From the NCBI GenBank assembly GCA_965235115.1, contig OZ249443.1, positions 2,542,001 through 2,606,000 on the forward strand: 64,000 nt of DNA. Reading direction: 5' to 3'. Positions 25,601-37,142 of this stretch are shown piece by piece (position 1 is the first letter of the stretch; the number at the start of each line of letters is the position of its first letter). The stretch comes from Laetmonice hystrix (Eukaryota). The notes under the pieces were generated by a model. That model worked only from the letters and a program-made list of their open reading frames with translations. It ran no database searches and was not told where the DNA came from. The position numbers and the translations under genes are program-made.

Positions 25601-27096
25601 AGGGTGATGTAAGTCAGGAGCGGAAAAAATAAAACACCCCTTTGGTTATACCCCTCCTACCTCCTCCCCCACCACTCCCAGTAAGAACCCCTCACCCCCC
25701 GTATAGAACTGGGAGATTTCCACACACACACCTCGCTAAAATAATGATGGATTTCCCCGCCAGGGGGCTTTCCGTCAAACAATGACGTCATTAGATGTTG
25801 TCACCAATTTAACCCGTCGGTTTTCTAGAAGTGGCACATTTAGTGGGGAAATAAGACGGGTTTTAGGGAGGATTAGCCCCCTCCTTTTGTTGGGCAATTG
25901 GTGCAATCTTGAAAACAGCATGGGGGCTTGTTAGTGGTGTGGAGACAGAGGCCGGGTTAGGAGGAATGTCACACAATGGTCGATTTCTGGTGACTGCCAA
26001 TTGAGTGGCATTTGTGGTGTAATTACTGTTAATTAGATTGATTGGCAGCCAGTGTTGGCCGCCGCCGACGCCAAGCATGACTGGCGCCTGGCATGGATTA
26101 GCAGCCAATCGCTGACGCTTGTAGCCAGGTAAACACCTCTCCCCCAACACTGGTTGGCGTTAAGTGGGTACGTCAACTCAAGGAAGACTTGGAATACTCG
26201 AACAGAACCCTCAACAAACACTTTGTCTGTCGGTTTAACGAACCTTCAGCGGCCCAGGTCTGTCGGTTTAACGAACCTTCAGCGGCCCAGGTGGGAGGAC
26301 CCAACTACGTCAATGTTTGACTTGAGAGAAAATGCTTCAAGTGTTCTCAAAATCTATTCACGGACCTTTGTAATTGTAGTCTGACTGACAAGTGTCATCG
26401 CCAGTCTTGAACTACTTACGATTCAAGGTTAATTGGCAGTGAATAATCCGTAATTAAACACACCACATCTCCACTTTCTCATTGATATAATCAATTTCGT
26501 GTGTACATAGCCCCTGGGGTTCGTGCAGAACATTTAAATCCGTTACAAACATAGAACTCTTCTTTCCGTTGTCAAAGCCCTAACACATGTGAAATTTCAG
26601 TTTTTATATATATTTTAAAGGCATTACGGTAAAGGGCAAGAAAGTCCATACACCAGTACTTTTTTCTTAGTCTCAGAGCCTTTCTTATTGAGATGGCGTG
26701 TTGGTTTGGGGAAACAGTTGTGGTTCGTTCTGTTGCCCATAGCATGAGACGAAAGTAGATCCCACCTGGCCAGGTACATGGGGGACACGTCACTGAGGTC
26801 ACGTTATCGTGTCATCAATGTTATCTGTTTCTGTGTCACCAGGTGGCGTGGTTAGCGGTGGTTTGGCGGAGGGATTGGAGGGGAGGTCAAAGGTCAAACT
26901 TCACAGAACGGTGTGGCACGCTTTAACCGGGTTCACATCGGTATCATTTACTAATTACGCAATAAATATTCCGCACAAGTTGTCCGGGTACTCAGAAATC
27001 CTGCAGAAGTACCCCACTTTACTGACTGAGACTCACATATTGTTAATTCTAAGTGTCCATATTACCACACAACTTCTCAGAACCACAGGTGGTAAG

Positions 27097-27288
27097 CAGG
27101 GCCGTACGCAGCCTAAAATTGGTGGTGGTTGGGGGGGGGGGCAGACCTAGGCCAGAGGGGCACCCTGATCACAAGGATGAATTCACACCCCTAAAAAGGG
27201 CACCTGCTCTTTAAAAAGGCACTTTTTCAACATGATTAGTAGAAGGGGGAGCTGCTGCCCCCTGCCCCCTTCCTTGTACGCGTTGCCA
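27097..27288. mobile_element. degenerate non-autonomous DNA element (hAT-like MITE)
   Basis: Starts CAGGGCCGTACGCAG, has internal G-run and C-run with gggggcag / ctgccccc symmetry, and ends in a degenerate tgtacgcg. Confidence 0.35.
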
Positions 27289-28372
27289 GGGAGACCGTTA
27301 CCGACGTTACCTTATTCGTTGCGTCCTATTTTAACAAGACGAACGCCAGAGGGAGTACGTGAACATCCAGATGCAGCGTTCCCAGAATTACGTTGAAATT
27401 CTCCAGTTATCAGCGCCCCTGGTGGTCAGTATCAGGCTCGAGGCTTGGCGAGATAAGGCGAGAGTCGGCAGGTGGCGCTAGTTGGGACGGACCGGAAGTA
27501 AACGAGTGGCCACAAGATGTCGCTGCCCCAGAGACCATTCCGGGCAGGAGATGGAGGGGAAGTGCACACTGCGGGCTAACAGTGACATTTTTCTGTTTCA
27601 ATTTCGTCTTTAGTAGCTGCTTCATTTTCTCGACCTTGAATCAAAACCGTGGAGACATAAATAAGTAGAATTCGACATGTTGGAAATTGGCGGCAATGAC
27701 GCGTATAACCCGAGAGTAGATGAGGAAGTTAACAAGAAAAACTGACAGGAAGAAAAAGAGAGAAATCTTTCAGCGTTCTGTTGCTACAAAATGATCTTGA
27801 CATGTACATGTTGAAGTCGTGTCCATACGCTGTGACATCACTGGGTGAGGGCGTTCTGTTGCTACAAAATGATCTTGACATGTACATGTTGAAGTCGTGT
27901 CCATACCCTTGGGACGCTGTGACGTCACCTGGCGAGGGCGTGGTCTGACTTTAGGAAAACTTCACGGAGAGGTTCGAGTCTTGTTTCGGACCCAGGTCAT
28001 GTGACCTGCCTGGAGACTGAGGTGGAGGGTGGGGGGTAGGGGGTGATTAGCTGTGTTCAGGGGGGTGCGGGGGGTGCGTTCACAGGTGAAACCTGTCTCA
28101 CAGGAAGGGCGTTGTCATGGTTATTTATCGGTCTGAGATTGTTGTACAAATCTTGTAATCGTCGTTTTTTTATATGAATTATTAAAACTCATATTACGTG
28201 TAAAGTGTTTGTGAATGCAGCTGTGATTTTAGTAACGTTCTGCATAATCGATTACTTTACAGAATGGAGCAAAGATAGGATTTTCCCAAGTTTTCCACGA
28301 AAGTTTACTTTCAAAAGTGGTAGGTGATGAAGATCTGCATGTCGTGGTGTCAGTGTCCGCCCCCGTGTGCAG

Positions 28373-28575
28373 GTCTTAAGTGGCAACTGGTTTAAACTGA
28401 CAACAGTTGCCAGTTTAGATCCAGGTCTAAACTGGCAAATAATGATTACTAGCCGCTGGCATGGAGAATGAGTTCACCTTAGTGATTATCATTCCAGCAC
28501 TATAGGTTTAGTGATCATTATTTGTTAGTTTAGACCGGGATCTGTTGTCAGTTTAAAGCAGTTGTCAGTTAAGAC
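28373..28575. mobile_element. fold-back MITE with long imperfect TIRs
   Basis: Left gtcttaagtggcaactggtttaaactgacaacag...ggtctaaactggcaaataatgat mirrors right atcattatttgttagtttagacc...ctgttgtcagtttaaagcagttgtcagttaagac. gtgca occurs on both flanks. Confidence 0.7.
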
Positions 28576-28652
28576 GTGCACACCCCGCCCCCTCTCTCTC
28601 CCCCCACGGTGTGTGGGTGGAGGGAGGGAAGGAGGGACGCTCGGTTATTGAC

Positions 28653-28768
28653 CTCTCTGTACTCGTGTATTGTCATGGTGACGGTCCTGGATGCGATCAG
28701 TAATCTCACTCTCTCAGTGTAGTTGGTGTTTGATGTCTTGTGTCGGTACATGAGTGTGAGAAAGTAAT
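28653..28768 (-). CDS. candidate minus-strand exon (D)YFLTLMYRHKTSNTNYTERVRLLIASRTVTMTIHEYRE
   Basis: Open 116 nt with weak acceptor gtgacag and donor GAG|gtcaat. Phase-compatible with candidate exon 31891-32000. Confidence 0.3.
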
Positions 28769-29863
28769 CTGTCACTGTATCTGTCACTGATTGTCAGTTT
28801 ATAATGTCTTCATGTCCCTGGATGAGATCAGTAATCTCACTCTCTCAGTGTAGTTGGTGTTTGATGTCTTGTGTCGGTACATGAGTGTGAGAAAGTAATC
28901 TGTCACTGTATCTGTCACTGATTGTCAGTTTATAATGTCTTCATGTCCCTGGATGCGAGCAGTAATCTCACTCTCTCAGTGTAGTTGGTGTTTGATGTCT
29001 TGTGTCGGTACATGAGTGTGAGAAAGTAATCTGTCACTGTATCTGTCACTGATTGTCAGTTTATAATGTCTTCATGTCCCTGGATGCGATCAGTAATCTC
29101 ACTCTCTCAGTGTAGTTGGTGTTTGATGTCTTGTGTCGGTACATGAGTGTGAGAAAGTAATCTGTCACTGTATCTGTCACTGATTGTCAGTTTATAATGT
29201 CTTCATGTCCCTGGATGCGATCAGTAATCTCACTCTCTCAGTGTAGTTGGTGTTTGATGTCTTGTGTCGGTACATGAGTGTGAGAAAGTAATCTGTCACT
29301 GTATCTGTCACTGATTGTCAGTTTATAATGTCTTCATGTCCCTGGATGCGATCAGTAATCTCACTCTCTCAGTGTAGTTGGTGTTTGATGTCTTGTGTCG
29401 GTACATGAGTGTGAGAAAGTAATCTGTCACTGTATCTCTCACTGATTGTCAGTTTATAATGTCTTCATGTCCCTGGATGCGATCAGTAATCTCACTCTCT
29501 CAGTGTAGTTGGTGTTTGATGTCTTGTGTCGGTACATGAGTGTGAGAAAGTAATCTGTCACTGTATCTGTCACTGATTGTCAGTTTATAATGTCTTCATG
29601 TCCCTGGATGCGATCAGTAATCTCACTCTCTCAGTGTAGTTGGTGTTTGATGTCTTGTGTCGGTACATGAGTGTGAGAAAGTAATCTGTCACTGTATCTG
29701 TCACTGATTGTCAGTTTATAATGTCTTCATGTCCCTGGATGCGATCAGTAATCTCACTCTCTCAGTGTAGTTGGTGTTTGATGTCTTGTGTCGGTACATG
29801 AGTGTGAGAAAGTAATCTGTCACTGTATCTGTCACTGATTGTCAGTTTATAATGTCTTCATGT
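28686..29863. repeat. 131-bp minisatellite, 9 copies
   Basis: cctggatgcgatcagtaatctcactc... at 28686, 28817, 28948 and onward; near-identical copies. Confidence 0.97.
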
Positions 29864-30969
29864 AACAGTGAGTGTTGTGTGACTTCTCGACTCGCTGTGA
29901 ATCCTATTCAAACCTTACTAATTCCTCTCTGGTGGAGATACAGAGGCCCGTGAGGTGTTGGGAGAAGGCGGTAACCCGCAGTAAATTGATCCTCAGTACC
30001 GAATGATTCCATATCATGTTATCGGTCATTTAACAATACTGAAAGGTGCTGACTGTTTCTAAACATGCATGTTGTTGACAGACTCACAAACACACGTGTG
30101 TAGTCATACCAAGTCCATGTGTGCATCCATGTGTGCTTGTGTCCGTGACGGTGATGGGTTAATCCGCGGGAGATTGTTTCCTGTCGTGTATATAGTAACA
30201 TATATCTCATTCATTGTTTCCTGTCGTGTACGTATATAATAACATATATCTCTCTTTCAGTCCCAAAGTTAAGCTGTATAAAGATCTCTGTCTTGTACTT
30301 TGTGTTGATATCATTTAAAAGTGTATCTGTATGTACGGGTATTTTAACCAGGTGTAAATTGAGAAATAATTTGAGAAGACATAATATTAACGTCTGTTTC
30401 ATAGCATTTAGAAATGATACGTAAATTTCCACTTAATTGACCCGGGGCTAGCTCTGTGTATAGAAACCAATGAGATGTAAGAATACAGTTCACTGTCCAA
30501 GAACTTAATTAAATTACTGCACCTTGTGAGGGAGATTTCACGCAGGAGTAGGCAGGAGGCGGGGGGGGGGGGGTTAATTACGCTCACCTGGACCATAATA
30601 GGCTTTCAGGTAATCTGTGTGATGAAGAAAATCTCGACACACCCTTGGATTAAATGAACTCGTTCATTATTGTCCTTGCCAACGGGTCATATAACAAAGT
30701 CATTCAACTTTTATTGGTTGTCTCACACTTTTCTGGAGCAACTCCTGTTGTAATGTGCGTGGTGAGTTTTTCATTGATTTCATTTACATTGCTTGTTTAG
30801 TTCATGTACCATAGCAAGTGATATATATTTACCCGTTCCAGCTAATTAAAATACGGAGTATAAATAAAAGGGGAGGATAAAAGAAAGTACCAGCTGAACC
30901 CTATAACGTTGTTGTTCCCCGTCTCCTAAAGATGAGAGGACTAAGATGGTTGAACAGTCAGAACCGAAG

Positions 30970-31165
30970 TGCTCTTCACCAGCTCAATATCAGACAGACA
31001 GAATCCTCCTTCAGGAGCTCACGGTAATCTAAGTGGCTCTTGGTAAAGTTGTGCATCACCTCTTCGAGCCAATATTTAGTTTTTGGTGTTACGGATTTAT
31101 ACATCTCTGAGATTGAAGGGGGCCGTATGAAGATGGTGTGGCCAGAGGGGGTAAGATTTTCCAAT
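30970..31165 (-). mobile_element. possible decayed LINE fragment
   Basis: TKYWLEEVMHNFTKSHLDYRELLKED loosely resembles the KYW..L......Y..L..LD segment downstream of L2-type RT. Confidence 0.25.
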
Positions 31166-31890
31166 TTCCCAGTGGATGCCAGTTGTGGGTATCAAATCGT
31201 GTCGGCCTGGAGTTGAGATAAGAGATGAGATGACTGATAGAACAGGTCTGTCAGTATGGGTGGGCCGTGCCGCCCGGCGTGCGCGCGCAGTCAGCTGCGC
31301 AGTGGTGTGCGCAGTGGTACGTGTGCGCAGTGGTGTGCGCAGTGGTGTGCGCAGTGACGTGCCAGTCAAATTGAGCTCATATTCCGTGTGGGTTTTTATA
31401 CCAGGGTTACTCCGGGCATGTCACAACACAAGATGTTTTATTTGGGTGTTTTGTTTCAACTTTGGTGGATGTTTACTGAGAAGTCACAGTAAATAGGTAA
31501 ACAGTAGTCAAAATATCGCTACAGGTGGGAGTGGGGAGGGACTTGAAGCACCTGAAAGGGTAAAGCGAGTTCACTTCTGTACAGTTTGCTCGCCTGAACT
31601 CATTACTTTTGGTTTAAATCTACATAGAAATCATAATTGAAAAGAAAGCACGAACTCCGAAAGGTACTGAGCGGCTATGTTGTATTTATGAATACGTTGC
31701 TAGAATGACACACTATGTGTCTTCAGAGAAGCATAAAACTGTAAACCTTAAACTAAAACAGTGTTTATAATTCTCCGAATGCTCTGGTTGAGGCGGACAT
31801 TGTGCCAGACATGAGTCGTCCTAAATTACCTGTGACAGGTGTGAAGTCCTAACGATGACATGTTGGCCCCCAGGCGTTCATGAGTCTCAC

Positions 31891-32000
31891 CTGGATGAGC
31901 AGGGATCCTCCAGGTGTCTGTAAGATCTGTCAGACCACAGCTCTTGGCGTCATTCATCTCTGCCTTCAGTCTGAGAGCGAAACGTGCCAGACTGAAGGGC
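31891..32000 (-). CDS. candidate minus-strand exon PFSLARFALRLKAEMNDAKSCGLTDLTDTWRIPAHP
   Basis: Acceptor cttaactctcgcag, strong donor CCAG|gtgaga, 110 nt, only one open frame. Confidence 0.4.
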
Positions 32001-33630
32001 CTGCGAGAGTTAAGTGATGGGAGATCATCTCTGCCTTCAGTCTGAGAGCGTAACGTGCCAGACTGAAGGGCCTGGAAGAGTTATGTGATGGGAGATCATC
32101 TCTGCCTTCAGTCTGGGAGCGAAACGTGCCAGACTGAAGGGCCTGCCAGAGTTAAGTGATGGGAGATCATCTCTGCCTTCAGTCTGGGAGCGAAACGTGC
32201 CAGACTGAAGGGCCTGCCAGAGTTTAGTGATGGGAGATCATCTCTGCCTTCAGTCTGGGAGCGAAACGTGCCAGACTGAAGGGCCTGCCAGAGTTAAGTG
32301 ATGGGAGGTCATCTCTCCCTTCAGTCTGGGAGCGAAACGTGTCAGACTGAAGGGCCTGCGAGAGTTAAGTGATGGGAGATCATCTCTGCCTTCAGTCTGA
32401 GAGCGAAACGTGTCAGACTGAAGGGCCTGCCAGAGTTAAGTGATGGGAGATCATCTCTGCCTTCAGTCTGGGAGCGAAACGTGCCAGACTGAAGGGCCTG
32501 CCAGAGTTAAGTGATGGGAGATCATCTCTGCCGTCAGTCTGGGAGCGTAACGTGCCAGACTGAAGGGCCTGCGAGAGTTTAGTGATGGGAGATCATCTGT
32601 GCCTTCAGTCTGGGAGCGTAACGTGCCAGACTGAAGGGCCTGCCAGAGCTTAGTGATGGGAGATCATCTCTGCCTTCAGTCTGGGAGCAAAACGTGCCAG
32701 ACTGAAGGGCCTGCCAGAGTTAAGTGATGGGAGATCATCTGTGCCTTCAGTCTGGGAGCAAAACGTGCCAGACTGAAGGGCCTGCCAGAGTTGAGTGATG
32801 GGAGATCATCTCTGCCTTCAGTCTGGGAGCAAAACGTGCCAGACTGAAGGGCCTGCCAGAGTTAAGTGATGGGAGATCATCTCTGCCTTCAGTCTGGCAG
32901 CGTAACGTGCCAGACTGAAGGGCCTGGATCATCTCTGCCTTCAGTCTGGGAGCGAAACGTGCCAGACTGAAGGGCCTGCTAGAGTTTAGTGATGGGAGAT
33001 CATCTCTGCCTTCAGTCTGGGAGCGAAACGTGTCAGACTGAAGGGCCTGCGAGAGTTAAGTGATGGGAGATCATCTCTGCCTTCAGTCTGGGAGCGAAAC
33101 GTGCCAGACTGAAGGGCCTGCTAGAGTTTAGTGATGGGAGATCATCTCTGCCTTCAGTCTGGGAGCGAAACGTGCCAGACTGAAGGGCCTGTGAGAGTTA
33201 AGTGATGGGAGATCATCTCTGCCTTCAGTCTGGCAGCGTAACGTGCCAGACTGAAGGGCCTGTGAGAGTTTAGTGATGGGAGATCATCTCTGCCTTCAGT
33301 CTGGCAGCGTAACGTGCCAGACTGAAGGGCCTGTGAGAGTTTAGTGATGGGAGATCATCTCTGCCTTCAGTCTGGGAGCGTAACGTGCCAGACTGAAGGG
33401 CCTGCGAGAGTTTAGTGATGGGAGATCATCTCTGCCTTCAGTCTGGCAGCGTAACGTGCCAGACTGAAGGGCCTGCCAGAGTTTAGTAATGGGAGATCAT
33501 CTCTGCCTTCAGTCTGGGAGCGTAACGTGCCAGACTGAAGGGCCTGCGAGAGTTAAGTGATGGGAGATCATCTCTGCCTTCAGTCTGGGAGCGAAACGTG
33601 CCAGACTGAAGGGCCTGGAAGAGTTTAGTG
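31955..33630. repeat. 71-bp hairpin-containing minisatellite, ~23 copies
   Basis: catctctgccttcagtctgggagcgaaacgtgccagactgaagggcctgccagagttaagtgatgggagat; 12-bp stem ccttcagtctgg/ccagactgaagg. Confidence 0.97.
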
Positions 33631-35473
33631 ATAGGAGGTTGGTAAGAGTAATTTCACTGGTTACTTTTCTAACAAGGCACAGTTCCAGTGGTGGCCACAG
33701 GAGGTGATTGCCTCTCGCCGCGCCGTAACTTCTGCACGCCGCGTGTTAAAACTTGCCTCATTTACTGTGATAAATATCTCCTTCCCTCGGACGGAGCTGA
33801 CGGGGGCCAGGTTCAACCAGTCTCAGACAGACCAGCATCGGGAACAGAATCAAACAGGGGTAATATGTTGTCATGACAACGTAAAGATAAGCATCAGTTT
33901 GCCAGGACAAGGCTTGTGGAGGTTGATTGAAAGGGGCACGTCGAATTTATAATCTGATCAAAGTGTCGTGGTGGATTGTTACGGCAGTAGTTGATGTTTG
34001 GAGAGCTAGGTGGCGCTGTATCCGCATCAGGGCATGTGTGGATGAAAACGTACTTCAGTTGCAGTTGCGTCTTTCTACTGGCCAAGTTGTAAAGTTATAG
34101 AAGGGAAACAAGAAAACACTCTTTGTAGGTGTCTGGGAGGGTGAGTGAGGGCAGGGAGGGGCAGCGGGGCAGACAGGGTGAGGGGGTGAGGGGTGGGGTA
34201 CACGAGACAAACACCCGCCAGACAGCCAGCAGGTCCCAGACGGGTGTGAAGGTCGCCGCGTCACACCGATGGATGGTTAAAATATGACGTCACATAGAGG
34301 ACGGCCATCAATATATGACGTAACATTATTGGAGATGTGACGGTCGTCGATACGTGCCGTCACATAATGGACGGTGTGACGGTCATCGATACGTGACGTC
34401 ATGGAGGCTGTGATGATGGCGGATTCCCCTGTCGGTCTGTAGGGTTTACTACAAACACACATCCATGGATCATGTAGCCTTGGTGATGGACGAGCGATAG
34501 GTCAATATGTGAGACACCAAGGCGGGTCGATGATCAGACAAAGGAGTATGGCTGTGAACAAGTCCCGCTCAGTACTGGAGCGTGTAGAGGCGCTGCATTA
34601 GGGCGCCGAAGTCTCGTGACACAGTTACGGATTTTCTGGATAGGAGGTACAAATGGAGCGTCAATGTTGACACACAATTGTTGCGTCACAAATTTCCCCA
34701 TTGGTTTAACATAGGATGAAGAGACATCGTTCCAAAGATCGGCCTAGTCTTGAAGATTTTTGTGTTGTTATGTATAACAGTTATTTATTCAAGCATAAAA
34801 CAGGTTGATACAAATATCTGGGAAGGTTTCATTACAAAGGGCAGCATAATTACAGAGAAATCACGAGTTGAAGTTGGCAGTCGCCGTTCCCTATGGCCGG
34901 CGCAATGCTAAACAAGCGTGAGCGATAATGACGTGTCAACAAAATCGACGTTTATCGCGTTATAACGCAACATCTCGTGACCTACTTCGGCTCCCTATAC
35001 CCACCCACGGTTTATGAAAATACTGCCCCAGACTGCCCCGTACTGCTGACACACCCTCAGTGCTCAATGTACCGCCGACCTGACCGTTGGCTAGACCCCA
35101 ATATCACGTGACCACAGCGGACCAGGAGACCGGGTAGAATTGATGAAGACTGTGTTGTCACTGGTACCCTTGGGATATGGTTATATTATGATTGTGTTCC
35201 TCAAACTCTCGCTCGCTCTCGGACCCCCCCCCCCCACCCCCCGAGCCCAGAACATGATATTATAACCTTCCTCTATTTCATTCATTCCTTTACATTTTCC
35301 GGTTCGCTAAACTTTAAAAAATCGCTAGGCCTATTTTTAGTAACAATCCGTGGTTGCACGATGGTAAGGTACAATCCGTTTTACACACTGATGACCTTAC
35401 ATACCCCCCCTCCCCGGAGGAGAATGGACTCTTGCTCTTAGCGTCTGGTAAAAATTACGGTTAATCCCTCCAG

Positions 35474-35676
35474 GGGCCCGTTTCACTAACGGTGACATCC
35501 CCGGGACATCCCTGATTTGGGGACATCCCCACTCAAAGTGTTCCACTAACATGTCCCTCCCTGGGGACATCCCCAATTCAGGCAATGTTAATTTCGAGGA
35601 CATTTTAGTGAAACGGGATGTCTCTGAATCGTGGATGCCCCCACTTTGGGATGTCCTCGCTTAGTGAAACGGGCCC
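35474..35676. mobile_element. PIF/Harbinger-type MITE
   Basis: TIRs GGGCCCGTTTCACTAA / TTAGTGAAACGGGCCC with a 3-bp CAG target duplication (35471-35473, 35677-35679); internal gggacatccc repeats. Confidence 0.8.
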
Positions 35677-35794
35677 CAGATTCCTTTGTGGTCTCACCGT
35701 CTTGATCTAATCCCCATGATGAGATTGGGGTGTGGTGAGGATGGCTAGACGACCCATGGGTAGCTAGCTCTACGGATGCTAGACAGACACCAGA

Positions 35795-36510
35795 GGAATA
35801 CAGAGAGAGATAGAGAGAAATAGACTGAGATAGACATAGAGGAATAGACAGAGATAGACATAGAGGAATAGACAGAGATAGACATAGATGAATAAACAGA
35901 GATAGACATAGAGGAATAGACAGAGATAGACATAGAGGAATAGACAGAGATAGACATAGAGGAATAAACAGAGATAGACATAGAGGAATAGACAGAGATA
36001 GACATAGAGGAATAGACAGAGATAGACATAGATGAATAAACAGAGATAGACATAGAGGAATAGACAGAGATAGACATAGAGGAATAGACAGAGATAGACA
36101 TAGAGGAATAGACAGAGATAGACATAGAGGAATAGACAGAGATAGACATAGAGGAATAGACAGAGATAGAGAGAAATAGACAGAGATAGACATAGATGAA
36201 TAGACAGAGATAGACATAGAGGAATAGACAGAGATAGACATAGAGGAATAGACAGAGATAGACATAGAGGAATAGACAGAGATAGACATAGAGGAATAGA
36301 CAGAGATAGACATAGAGGAATAGACAGAGAGACAGAGAGAAATAGACAGAGAACACACACAGTTAGACAGAGAGAGATTGAATGTCATTGTGTAGCACAC
36401 AGAGAGACAGAGAGAAACAGAGATAGACATAGATGAATAGACAGAGAGACAAAGAGAAATAGACAGAGAACACACCCATTTAGACAGAGAGAGATTGAAT
36501 GTCATTGTGT
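35795..36510. repeat. GA-rich 24-bp tandem repeat
   Basis: gacagagatagacatagaggaata, then a related duplicated tail. Confidence 0.95.
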
Positions 36511-37093
36511 AGTACACAAGAGAGATGCGCAGTTATTAGACGGCGGGAGGTGATGAGAGAGCTGTGAAAGGTGATTTATGAGGTGTCCCAATGACGTCCG
36601 TCTAGCAGACAGACCGGCCAGGAGTCGCCCCCTGCCGGCCGCAGCCAGCACTAAGTGACCACCCAGTTGGTGAAGCGGACCCCGTCCCTACCACACGGCA
36701 GTCAGCCTGTCTCACCGGTTACCAAGGCGTCACCCAGAGATCACTTAGTAACCAATGGTTGTGTCGTCTTCCCCCAACCGATCTGACACCGTGCACCCAC
36801 CCTGCCAGCCGTGACGGACCGTTACGGAGACAAACCTACCTGTCCAATCTCACGACTTCACACACCGGCCTGACTCCCAGCCCTGCCCGGACACTCCGGG
36901 CGTCCCGTACTTACTGGAGGACACTCCGGGCGTCCCACACACACAGGAGGACACTCCGGGCGTCCCATACACTGGAGGACACTGGAGGTGGTGATCGATC
37001 AGACTGAGAGAGGGTGATCACTATAACCCTAGGTGGAGGGCACGTATAGTGTGGGGCTGACCTCGTGAGGTCAAGTGAACGCCTGAGGTTACC

Positions 37094-37142
37094 ATGGGTA
37101 ACAACGTCTCGGACCTCCTGTCCTGTACATCCAGACCTCAAG
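37094..37142 (+). CDS. probable alternative first coding exon MGNNVSDLLSCTSRPQ
   Basis: Kozak accATGG, donor CAAG|gtaaga, phase 1 (same as exon 22501-22636), N-myristoylation-type M-G-x-x-x-S start. Confidence 0.5.

Larger units (their letters stand above)
20403..27478 (+). promoter_or_regulatory. cluster of same-orientation CTCF-like motifs
   Basis: Best matches: CCACCAGAGGGCGC 21561, CCACCAGGTGGCAG 21601, CCGCTAGGTGGCGC 22915, CCGCCAGGGGGCGT 23256, CCACTAGATGGCGC 23372. Weaker matches at 20403, 20448, 25757, 26836, 27465. Confidence 0.55.

Noticed and set aside
30976-31164. Guanylate-kinase-like exon (IFIRPPS)
   Set aside because: A single short motif with no splice sites; a LINE remnant is at least as likely.
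31628-31663. Next RasGAP exon (E)IIIEKKARTPK
   Set aside because: Phase-compatible 36-nt AG..GT segment, but the splice signals are weak and there is no recognisable homology.
31955-33630. CRISPR array
   Set aside because: Palindromic repeats, but no unique spacers, no cas genes, and a eukaryotic context.
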